Shown here in pieces: positions 17,161 to 24,893 of a DNA stretch of 32,000 nucleotides (position 1 is its first letter; every line of letters starts with the position of its first letter). Below the pieces are notes generated by a model. That model saw only the letters and a program-made list of their open reading frames with translations. It was not told the DNA's origin and did no database searches. This DNA is from Promethearchaeota archaeon (GTDB taxonomy: Archaea > Asgardarchaeota > Lokiarchaeia > Sigyniarchaeales > Promethearchaeaceae). The stretch is taken from assembly GCA_016933055.1 (NCBI GenBank), contig JAFGBS010000009.1, forward strand, positions 270,001 to 302,000, given 5' to 3'. A program made the position numbers and the translations under genes.

Positions 17161-17865
17161 GTGAAAATTTCTGAGTTAGTTCTTAAATTAGACATTCCTC
17201 GTTTAGATGAAGTATATTATCCCTTAGATGATAGCTACTTGTATATCGATTATCTAGAAACGCAAGATTTTACTCGAACTATAAACGAGTTATTTATTAA
17301 ATCCATTCCTATTCATATATTGGATTTAGGATGCGGCACTGGTATTCTGGGATTTTGCACTGTATATAAAATACTTACTCTGAAATTTGCCACACAAGTA
17401 GATCTAAGTTATGTGGATATTAATCCCATAGCCATTGAGACCGTAAAGTCTTTTGTAGATAAAAATTTCCATTTATTTGAGGAATTGGAGGACTTCTCTG
17501 AAAATTCCATAGATATTCATTATTATATATCGGATCTTTTTTCTGATGTTCCTTCTACTCGATTTGATCTTGTTGTTTTTAATCCGCCTTATCTTCCAAA
17601 CGATGAGGAGATTCACGAGAACCAAATTATCGATCAAGCTTTATATGGAGGATCTGAGGGGGTTTCTGTATCAATTGATTTTTTTAATCAAATCTCCCCT
17701 TACCTCTATCCTCACTCTAATATTTATTTCATCGCTTCTTCCTTAGGTGGGTTAAATACAATGGTCCCAAAACTTTCTCCCAATTTTAAAATTACTCTCC
17801 TTCAAAGTTTGCATATCTTTTTTGAAGATATATTATTGTTTCACGCCCGTCCCAAAATCTTCTAA
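17161..17865 (+). CDS. HemK2/Mtq2-like (release factor glutamine) methyltransferase
   Basis: VYYPLDDSYL N-terminal motif, LDLGCGTG SAM-binding motif, NPPY, GG.EG. Confidence 0.85.
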   Translation: MKISELVLKLDIPRLDEVYYPLDDSYLYIDYLETQDFTRTINELFIKSIPIHILDLGCGTGILGFCTVYKILTLKFATQVDLSYVDINPIAIETVKSFVDKNFHLFEELEDFSENSIDIHYYISDLFSDVPSTRFDLVVFNPPYLPNDEEIHENQIIDQALYGGSEGVSVSIDFFNQISPYLYPHSNIYFIASSLGGLNTMVPKLSPNFKITLLQSLHIFFEDILLFHARPKIF

Positions 17866-17984
17866 GAAATTATATCTATTGAGGTCTACAGTCTTTTAGA
17901 ATCCTTATCGGTATTTGAAACGACTTTTTAATCATTTTGATTTACATTAAATACTGTTCATTATTTTTCCTACATAGACTTCCT

Positions 17985-18278
17985 ATGCTTGAAATAACCA
18001 AGGAAGCGCAAGATTTCATTAAGAAATCTGGACACAATCAACCTGCTATTGTTGTATTCGAACGAACCTATAGTTCATGATGTGGTTCTCGAACTTATAC
18101 TAGTGTTCAAGTACACAATGAAACAGAATTGCGAGGATACGATGGATTGGAAGAAATTAAAAAGGAGGACGTGGAATTTTCTATTTTTATCGAATCCAAT
18201 CTTCATCCAAAACTCAAATTTGCATCCATAGATGTTCGTGGATATGGAGCATTTAAAAGATTAGCATTGATTGCGTAA
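17985..18278 (+). CDS. Probable selenoprotein, 97 aa, HesB/IscA-like small protein with UC motif (in-frame TGA at 18078-18080)
   Basis: MLEITKEAQDFIKKSGHNQPAIVVFERTYSS-U-CGSRTYTSVQVHNETELRGYDGLEEIKKEDVEFSIFIESNLHPKLKFASIDVRGYGAFKRLALIA*. The frame stays open for 65 codons after TGA, the TGA sits next to a Cys, and a SECIS-like hairpin follows. Confidence 0.85.
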
Positions 18279-18300
18279 AGCGTTTATGATAGGTAAAATC

Positions 18301-18354
18301 AGGCCAAATTGGATGATTGGTCAGTATAAAAGTGAGATTGATCATGACAGGTCT
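18301..18354 (+). promoter_or_regulatory. Eukaryote-like SECIS element in the 3' UTR of the selenoprotein gene
   Basis: Helix I AGGCC/GGUCU; core A-UGAU (18313-18317) / UGAC (18345-18348) with tandem G.A pairs; helix II UGGUCAGU/AUUGAUCA (8 bp); apical loop containing AAAA. Confidence 0.8.
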
Positions 18355-18431
18355 TGCAAAGACTTAACTGGCTTTAAGAATAAAAGAGAACTAAAATATA
18401 TCTATAAATGAATTAATGGTGAAATAAGAGA

Positions 18432-18881
18432 ATGAGTGATGACGAAGAAGTTAAAAAAATTCGCGAACAAAAAGAAGAATTATTAAAAAAAATGATTGCA
18501 GAACCTCAAATGCCACCGAACATACTTTATATCGATACGGTTGACCAGTTCAATGAACTAATTGAAACTTATAAAGATCAGATAATAATAATCGACTTTT
18601 GGGCCGAATGGTGTGGTCCATGTAAAATGTTTGGACCTATTTTCGAAGCAGCACAGAAAAAATGGGGACATGAAATTGTATTTGCTAAATTGGATACCGA
18701 AAAACTTCCAGGGGTAGCCCAACAGCTCCAAGTGATGGGAATTCCCATGGTAATGTTTATTAAAGGGAAAAAGGAGATTCATCGACAAGCAGGTGCTTTA
18801 CCTCGACAACACTTTGAGGACCTTTTGAAACGAGTAAAAGAAGCTGTAGATAGGGCGGAAAAAGGTTCTATGTATTCTTGA
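18432..18881 (+). CDS. trxA: Thioredoxin
   Basis: IDFWAEWCGPCKMFGP active site; cis-Pro motif GIP; SD-like ggtga upstream. Confidence 0.96.
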   Translation: MSDDEEVKKIREQKEELLKKMIAEPQMPPNILYIDTVDQFNELIETYKDQIIIIDFWAEWCGPCKMFGPIFEAAQKKWGHEIVFAKLDTEKLPGVAQQLQVMGIPMVMFIKGKKEIHRQAGALPRQHFEDLLKRVKEAVDRAEKGSMYS

Positions 18882-19728
18882 TTTGTATTTTTTTAAAAAA
18901 ATTCCATATTTCTCTTGGAAGTAATTGAAATAATCTCTTATTTTTCATATCTGTGCCAACACATGAATCAATATCCAAATTCCGAAGAAATTGTAATTTG
19001 GGAAAATTATCAATGTTCTTTTTCAAAAAACTCAAAGCTTTGGGCAGGATTTTGTTTTTGAATGGAAAAATTCCCGCAAGAAATTCCATAAAATGGCCTA
19101 AATACGGATTATTAACATATTCCGGGTTAAAGGTCAGCTTGACAATACCACTTTCGATCTGTGGTTGCGGATAAAAATCATAGGGAGAAACTCTCTTCAA
19201 ATCTTCAATCTGAAATAGTAATTGAGCAATGACACTTAATCTACCATATCCTTTTGCTTGCGGTAGGGATTGCATTCGTCTAATGAACTCTTCTTGGAGC
19301 ATAAGAATTATTATATCGGCTTTCTCTTTAGATTCTACAATTTTCTGGATAAGAGGACCTGAGATCTGATAAGGCACATTAGAAATGAGTTTAGAATGTT
19401 TTGGAAACGTAGTTTTAATTGCATCTTGGGTAATTATCGATATATTCTCATTGTGTACAAATTTCTCTCGCAAATATTTCGAGAGTTTGCGATCATTTTC
19501 TATTACTATTGTTTCCTTTGCATTCTGAATGATCTTTTGTGTCAAACATCCAAAACCCGGACCAATTTCCAAAACAACATCCCGATCTGCATCTAATGCT
19601 CCATACCGAATAATAAAATCTGCAACTTGTTCATTAATCAGAAAACATTGTCCTTGGTTTTTCCTTAGTGTAATTCCATATTGAGAAGATATGTTAAGTA
19701 TCTCTTCCTTAAGGGTACGAAATTCCAT
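18868..19728 (-). CDS. rsmA: 16S rRNA adenine dimethyltransferase RsmA/KsgA/Dim1
   Basis: KNQGQCFL, VLEIGPGFG, ISNVPYQIS, GYGRLSV, FYPQPQIES motifs; conserved cluster context. Confidence 0.95.
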   Translation of the reverse strand: MEFRTLKEEILNISSQYGITLRKNQGQCFLINEQVADFIIRYGALDADRDVVLEIGPGFGCLTQKIIQNAKETIVIENDRKLSKYLREKFVHNENISIITQDAIKTTFPKHSKLISNVPYQISGPLIQKIVESKEKADIIILMLQEEFIRRMQSLPQAKGYGRLSVIAQLLFQIEDLKRVSPYDFYPQPQIESGIVKLTFNPEYVNNPYLGHFMEFLAGIFPFKNKILPKALSFLKKNIDNFPKLQFLRNLDIDSCVGTDMKNKRLFQLLPREIWNFFKKIQIKNT

Positions 19729-19739
19729 AGAATTTCCCT

Positions 19740-20468
19740 TTAATACCGCTTTTGATACGATGTTTTCTTATAGGGCGGACGTTCTTGAGATTGCCGATTA
19801 TCTTGTTTTATCTGAGGTCTTTTCACAAACAAGTAATGTTTCTCTTCATCATCAATAATTTCATTCAGAATCCGTTTTGCGATTGAATTCTTTATGTTAT
19901 GCACACTTTTTATTCGTTCATCAAAATCTGCAACTGATTTAAATGGAGCCTTATTTCGTTGTTCAATGATTTCCCATAGTAATTTTTGACCTACTCCGGG
20001 TAATAAGCTAAGTTTATGCCTTTTTGTGGTGATTGGACCAGCTGTGTTTAAAAATTGAACATAATAATCCTCAGAATCTTCAATGTGGATTTCGATGGTA
20101 CTTGGTAATAGATCTTTTGCAGTCTGAGTTAATTTATGGTACGTGAGACGTTTACGTACTTTTCCTACCAAACTACCGGGTCCTAATACGATCTTATCTT
20201 GGAGTTTGATGTCTGCACCCCGCTTGTAAGATAATTCAAATAAGTTAAAATACGGAGTTTCAATGGCTTGAACCAGGGGGAACTGAGTACTTCGACCACT
20301 ACTCACATATCCGCGCTCAAGAATATCAAGGATATAAATCACTGTTCCCGTGGGTAAAGAAAATTCCTTGGGTTTACGATATTGCTGATTCCTAGTAGTT
20401 TTATAGTTTCTATTAGGGGATCTGTTGTTGTAGTATTTTTTCTTATCTGAGTATCTTTTTTCTGACAT
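19740..20468 (-). CDS. DUF655 family (predicted RNA-binding, HhH) protein with basic extensions
   Basis: YILDIL..G, VQAI....F.LFEL, FLNTAGPITTKRHKLSLLPGVG; canonical position between rpo4 and rsmA. Confidence 0.9.
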   Translation of the reverse strand: MSEKRYSDKKKYYNNRSPNRNYKTTRNQQYRKPKEFSLPTGTVIYILDILERGYVSSGRSTQFPLVQAIETPYFNLFELSYKRGADIKLQDKIVLGPGSLVGKVRKRLTYHKLTQTAKDLLPSTIEIHIEDSEDYYVQFLNTAGPITTKRHKLSLLPGVGQKLLWEIIEQRNKAPFKSVADFDERIKSVHNIKNSIAKRILNEIIDDEEKHYLFVKRPQIKQDNRQSQERPPYKKTSYQKRY

Positions 20469-20695
20469 AATTGTTCCCTTTATGTTCTCACTAATTGATT
20501 AGATAACGGAATGCACTATTGGAATCAAGTGATATTCCAAGAATTTTTGGACCTTCTAAAACTCGTTCAAATACACATTTCTAACCAGTTTCTTGCATCT
20601 CACTCCATAATGGTCCTATAAGACGATCAAAATTAGATTTGTCGTAGTATTCCAATTTCCTAGTGATTAAAACTATTTAATTTTATGCTCAGTAA

Positions 20696-21043
20696 TTATT
20701 TTGCAAGGTCATGCAATTTATTGATAATATCATTAAGTTCCTTGTTTCCTAACTTGGATGATTTAAGGTCTTTTTCGAAAATAACACGTAATTCTTCGAC
20801 CGTTCCTGGCATAATATTGATTACTTGAATTGCATGCTCCTCATCTAAGTCGTAGGTTTTCATTAGCATGCTTTTAATTTTTTCCACTTTTTTGTGATCT
20901 ACCTTAGAAAAGGTTCTTGCATAAATAAGACTACTTTCCTGAAATGAATCGAATTCTCCTTTTCTTTTTTTATGGAGATCTTCCAACACTTCCATTACTT
21001 CAGGTATTGACACAATTTTCTTTTCTAAGATTTTTCGAACCAT
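20696..21043 (-). CDS. rpo4: RNA polymerase subunit Rpo4 (RpoF)
   Basis: VSIPEV, YARTFSK, INIMPGTVEELRVIF motifs; follows rpl21e. Confidence 0.93.
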   Translation of the reverse strand: MVRKILEKKIVSIPEVMEVLEDLHKKRKGEFDSFQESSLIYARTFSKVDHKKVEKIKSMLMKTYDLDEEHAIQVINIMPGTVEELRVIFEKDLKSSKLGNKELNDIINKLHDLAK

Positions 21044-21051
21044 TCCTATTC

Positions 21052-21378
21052 CTACTTCTTTTTCGTGGGTTTATTTTGTTGGTGATAAGCATTCAACCTC
21101 AGGTGTTCTTTACCAATGATTAACATTTTTTCTTTATTTTGGTCTTTGATGGATACTTCGTAACATCGACCCCGTGTACCAATAATCGTGCCTGTTTTTC
21201 CATGAAATCGACGGTGTGGAAATCCTCGTTTCTGATAGGCGGGATCACCGATCACATCAACTTTGTCGCCCACTTTGTAATTAACAAGAAATCTACGTAA
21301 ACTTTTCAATCCTCGATCTCGTACATTTTTCCGAAATATACTTCGAGTCTTTACCCGATATCCATGATGTTTTACCAT
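21052..21378 (-). CDS. rpl21e: 50S ribosomal protein L21e
   Basis: GYRVKTR, YKVGDKVD, PHRRFHGKTG, K...I..EHL motifs. Confidence 0.97.
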   Translation of the reverse strand: MVKHHGYRVKTRSIFRKNVRDRGLKSLRRFLVNYKVGDKVDVIGDPAYQKRGFPHRRFHGKTGTIIGTRGRCYEVSIKDQNKEKMLIIGKEHLRLNAYHQQNKPTKKK

Positions 21379-21441
21379 CTCAACGTCACCAGACTTTATA
21401 TACAGATCTCCAATAATGCGTTTTGTATAAACTTTTTGGAT

Positions 21442-22836
21442 TCATCTATATTCAATATTCACAATATCCAGTTCGGCGCAGCGCAAATTCCTACCAAATA
21501 ATTCTGAAAGGGAAGGTTTGGTGCGTCCTTCATCTCCCGATATTAATTCTTTGATATACGTACCCCCCATCGCTTTGATGCGGGAAGAAAAATAGTACCG
21601 ATTCTTCCACTTAAATTCAATATCATATACCATCCGTTTTCGAGTTAGATCGGCTCTTCGATGAACTACCCGTAGCGGGGTTCTCTGTAGGATCGGATTT
21701 TCCAGGATTTTCTTTTTAATTGAAGCGAGTTTGCATTTAAAATCCCTTTTAGTTAATTTTGTCTCACTTTTGATAAGCACATAATAGGTCTTAGCTGTGG
21801 CTTCTCCACTTTGTTTCAGATTCTTAATTTCTGAACGAGGAACAAATACGAGATCAAAAATTTCTACTTTGTCTCCATTTTTTTTGTTAACTTCTTTTTG
21901 AATTCGGTGAAGATCTATACTTCTGATTCTGGGTTCTTTTAATTCGATTATGAATGGTCTTCCAGGTCCAATACAACGCGCATCAATGTCTTCTCTTCCC
22001 GCTCCATGGAATACCGATTGGTCTGAACGTGAAGACTGTAAGAATTCGGGACTAATTAACTCTTCTACACTAGTTGGATACTGTTTTCCTGTAAAATAAC
22101 ACTCTTCACAGCCTTTACCTCTACATTTTTTGTGCGGCCAGTGAGTTTGAGGGATTCCGCGAATAAGTTTCCTATATCTACCCTTTACACAAAGCGGATT
22201 AGATGTGACTTGAACTTTATATCGATCTCTATCGATGGAGATTTGAATATTCAACTGGGGTTGCTTAAATTCGACAAATTTGCCCCAAATTACTTCTAGT
22301 TTTTTACCAACCACTCGATTAAAATTTTTTTTCATTGATTCACCAGTATTAATCTCCAATTTCGCTCGAAACTCGTCTTCCTTGTCCACTATCTTTGCAT
22401 TTATACTTGTCCCGACTAAATAATTCTCAAATTCATAGTCCTTAGCATTATTGATAATCGTAGTTACCAGAGAATTTACTCTTTGGAAAAAATTATTGCA
22501 TAAATAACACACTTTATCAGTGGAATCCTGCCATTCTGGCTGGAATTTCTTCATTAATAATATTGCAGGCTTAAAATTCATTTTAGATGCGATTTCTTGT
22601 AATTTTTCCAAATTTTTCATAAATAAATCCTTATTACCTTGAGATTCATTCAATAAATCATTATATTCCAATAATAATGTAGTAAGAATGGAGTTTGCCC
22701 GTTCTTGATTGGAGAGTCCCGTTCCCAATAACGCAAATTGTCTTCCAAAACATTCAGCACATAAAGTATAATCAGAAATAATTCTTTTTGCGGTATTAAA
22801 AATTGAATACTGGGTTTCCATGCTGAAAGAGAACAT
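21442..22836 (-). CDS. pus10: tRNA pseudouridine(54/55) synthase Pus10
   Basis: N-terminal Zn site (CAEC...CYLC), GRYRKL.RGIPQT, HGAGREDIDAR catalytic motif, GGTYIKELISGD.GRT.PS. Confidence 0.96.
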   Translation of the reverse strand: MFSFSMETQYSIFNTAKRIISDYTLCAECFGRQFALLGTGLSNQERANSILTTLLLEYNDLLNESQGNKDLFMKNLEKLQEIASKMNFKPAILLMKKFQPEWQDSTDKVCYLCNNFFQRVNSLVTTIINNAKDYEFENYLVGTSINAKIVDKEDEFRAKLEINTGESMKKNFNRVVGKKLEVIWGKFVEFKQPQLNIQISIDRDRYKVQVTSNPLCVKGRYRKLIRGIPQTHWPHKKCRGKGCEECYFTGKQYPTSVEELISPEFLQSSRSDQSVFHGAGREDIDARCIGPGRPFIIELKEPRIRSIDLHRIQKEVNKKNGDKVEIFDLVFVPRSEIKNLKQSGEATAKTYYVLIKSETKLTKRDFKCKLASIKKKILENPILQRTPLRVVHRRADLTRKRMVYDIEFKWKNRYYFSSRIKAMGGTYIKELISGDEGRTKPSLSELFGRNLRCAELDIVNIEYR

Positions 22837-22910
22837 CCGGCTTATTATAAAATAGCATATAACCCAAAAGATTAAAGATTTTTCAATATTATTTTTAAAA
22901 GAACCCTATT

Positions 22911-24035
22911 ATGTCTAAAGAGATGAATTTTACATCTGAGAACAAGAAATGCCCACAATGTTCTCGGGAATTACCTAGTAATGCAAATTTCTGTCAAAAA
23001 TGTGGATATTCATTCAGTGAAGAATCTAGTCAATCTATTAGTAGTGCATCGGAATGGAGACAAGTAAAGAAAAGAATTAAACGGCAGCGGCAAGAAACAC
23101 AGTTGGAAGAAAAATCTATTGAACGTACCTGTCCTAATTGTAATGCAATCATAAAATCCACGGTATTGGAACAATGTCCGTTATGTATGAGTGAGCTTCC
23201 TCCATTACCCGAAATACAAAAAGATAATTTGGATAGAATGCTATTCACAGGCAAAAAATTAGTATCTGAGAAAGAACTTAAAATAGATAAAAATAAATGG
23301 AGTAGCGGTCGGGAAGTCTTCAATGTCATTCTAAACTCCCTCTTAATCTTCATATTCATAATTATGGCCCAGTTTATATTCCAAATTCAAGGAAGCTTAA
23401 GCGAAGAAAATGCACGCATAATATCTGGTGTAATCAGCTTAATTAGTATTGCGGCATTGGGGGTTTATCCCTTAATTTATATTGGTGTTAATCATTTAAA
23501 TTGGAATAAAATTGGATTCAAATCAGAGAATACTTTAATCCTTATCCTAATAGGACTTTTAACTGGTATTGGATTGTTTTTTGTGGAATACGGAATTGAG
23601 ATTATATTGGATTTTCTACCCTTCTACGATCCAGAATCTCTGTTAGGAATCTTGTTCAATGAACCTGTAAATTTAGTAGATCTCACCAGTATCAATTTTC
23701 CTATGCGTTATTTATTTTATTTCCTGCTATTAATCGCAGAGATTTTCGAACAATTTCTATTTCGTGGAGTTGTACATAATGGCATCCATGATGTTTTGAA
23801 GAAAAAAGACAAATCAAATCCCCGATTCAAAGCCGTATTATACACAACTTTAGTATATGGTCTTTTTTATCTTCTGTTTTATACTTCTGGGTATCTATTC
23901 TTAATAAATATAGGTTTATCGTTGGTTCTAGGCATCACTTACGAATTATCTAACCGAAATTTAACGATAATACTCTCTATGAAAACAATATACGTTGCAA
24001 TAAGCATACTTGCTCCTTTTATATCATTTTTATAA
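22911..24035 (+). CDS. Double Zn-ribbon + CPBP/Abi (Rce1-like) membrane protein, catalytic motifs degenerate
   Basis: CPQC..CQKC and CPNC..CPLC; multiple TM helices; FEQFLFRG resembles the CPBP EExxFRG motif. Confidence 0.7.
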   Translation: MSKEMNFTSENKKCPQCSRELPSNANFCQKCGYSFSEESSQSISSASEWRQVKKRIKRQRQETQLEEKSIERTCPNCNAIIKSTVLEQCPLCMSELPPLPEIQKDNLDRMLFTGKKLVSEKELKIDKNKWSSGREVFNVILNSLLIFIFIIMAQFIFQIQGSLSEENARIISGVISLISIAALGVYPLIYIGVNHLNWNKIGFKSENTLILILIGLLTGIGLFFVEYGIEIILDFLPFYDPESLLGILFNEPVNLVDLTSINFPMRYLFYFLLLIAEIFEQFLFRGVVHNGIHDVLKKKDKSNPRFKAVLYTTLVYGLFYLLFYTSGYLFLINIGLSLVLGITYELSNRNLTIILSMKTIYVAISILAPFISFL

Positions 24036-24108
24036 ATTATTTCTAAATCTTTTTTGGGATAAAAACAATACTTACTATGCACTAGATTGAATTATAGGTA
24101 TTAAAAAG

Positions 24109-24810
24109 ATGGCAAAAAGGGCAAGAGCTCAACCCAAAGTTATTTTTATTGAAGGAATACACGGAGTTGGTAAAAGTAGTGTATTTCATGGACTTAAGAG
24201 ACTCTATAGCCCAAATAACTTCAAATTCTATCCTGAACGCTTGCTAATGAAACCATTATTTCCCTTCGGTTCATCCGATATTCAGATTGCATTTCGATCT
24301 GAACTTCATTTCCTACAACAAATGATTGAGCGCAACAAACGTATTGGAACTGAACTAGCTAAAAAGAAAAAACCTATGGTGTGTGTATTAGACCGTTCTG
24401 CGTTAAGTGTAATCGTATACTCGAAATCTCTCGGTATCAAGGGTAAAGACCTTCAAGTCATTTTAGACCTTTTCCGCTCAGTGAATTGGTATGAAAACGT
24501 GATGATCTATTTATATGCAAAACCTGAAACATTATTATCAAGGATCACAAAACGTGGCAGTTTAGAACCCGATCGTCTTCAATGGAATGAGGACGATATT
24601 AACTATATAAAAAAATTAGAGAAACATTATTCAATTCAAATAAAAAAAATGGAAAATAAAATACAAATCATTAATATTGATACTGAGGGATTCAATTTAG
24701 AAGAGGTAATTTCTATGGCGAGGACCGAAATAGATAAACTCCTTCCAAAGCAAATACCTCCACCGGGTCAAAAAGTTCTCGATTCTTGGCTTTCATTAGA
24801 AAATCCTTAA
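24109..24810 (+). CDS. Deoxynucleoside kinase / thymidylate kinase-family P-loop kinase
   Basis: IFIEGIHGVGKSS P-loop, LDRS motif, IYLYAKPETLLSRITKRG lid region. Confidence 0.82.
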   Translation: MAKRARAQPKVIFIEGIHGVGKSSVFHGLKRLYSPNNFKFYPERLLMKPLFPFGSSDIQIAFRSELHFLQQMIERNKRIGTELAKKKKPMVCVLDRSALSVIVYSKSLGIKGKDLQVILDLFRSVNWYENVMIYLYAKPETLLSRITKRGSLEPDRLQWNEDDINYIKKLEKHYSIQIKKMENKIQIINIDTEGFNLEEVISMARTEIDKLLPKQIPPPGQKVLDSWLSLENP

Positions 24811-24893
24811 AGCAAGATTCTGGTAAAAAAAAATACTTAACAATATCGCCTACTTTTTTTTCATATCATACTTCGAGTTGAATTTTTATTTTT

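Noticed and set aside
18049-18231. ORF-track 60-aa ORF (MLYSNEPIVH...)
   Set aside because: It overlaps, in another frame, the better-supported selenoprotein frame 17985..18278 and has no recognisable motif.
17161-18278. Functional link between the release-factor methyltransferase and the adjacent UGA-recoded gene
   Set aside because: Appealing, but supported only by adjacency; a roughly 120-nt spacer with its own AT-rich promoter-like sequence separates them.
20469-20695. 227-bp gap in the rpo4-DUF655 cluster with short hairpins and a TAG-interrupted minus-strand frame
   Set aside because: The fragments are under 30 aa without a good start, the stems are 7-8 bp and AT-rich, and there is no evidence for pyrrolysine or an RNA family.
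9536-24035. CaaX-processing pathway (ICMT-like plus Rce1-like genes)
   Set aside because: The genes are 13 kb apart, the CPBP protein looks inactive, no prenyltransferase is present, and no credible CaaX-ending ORF was seen.
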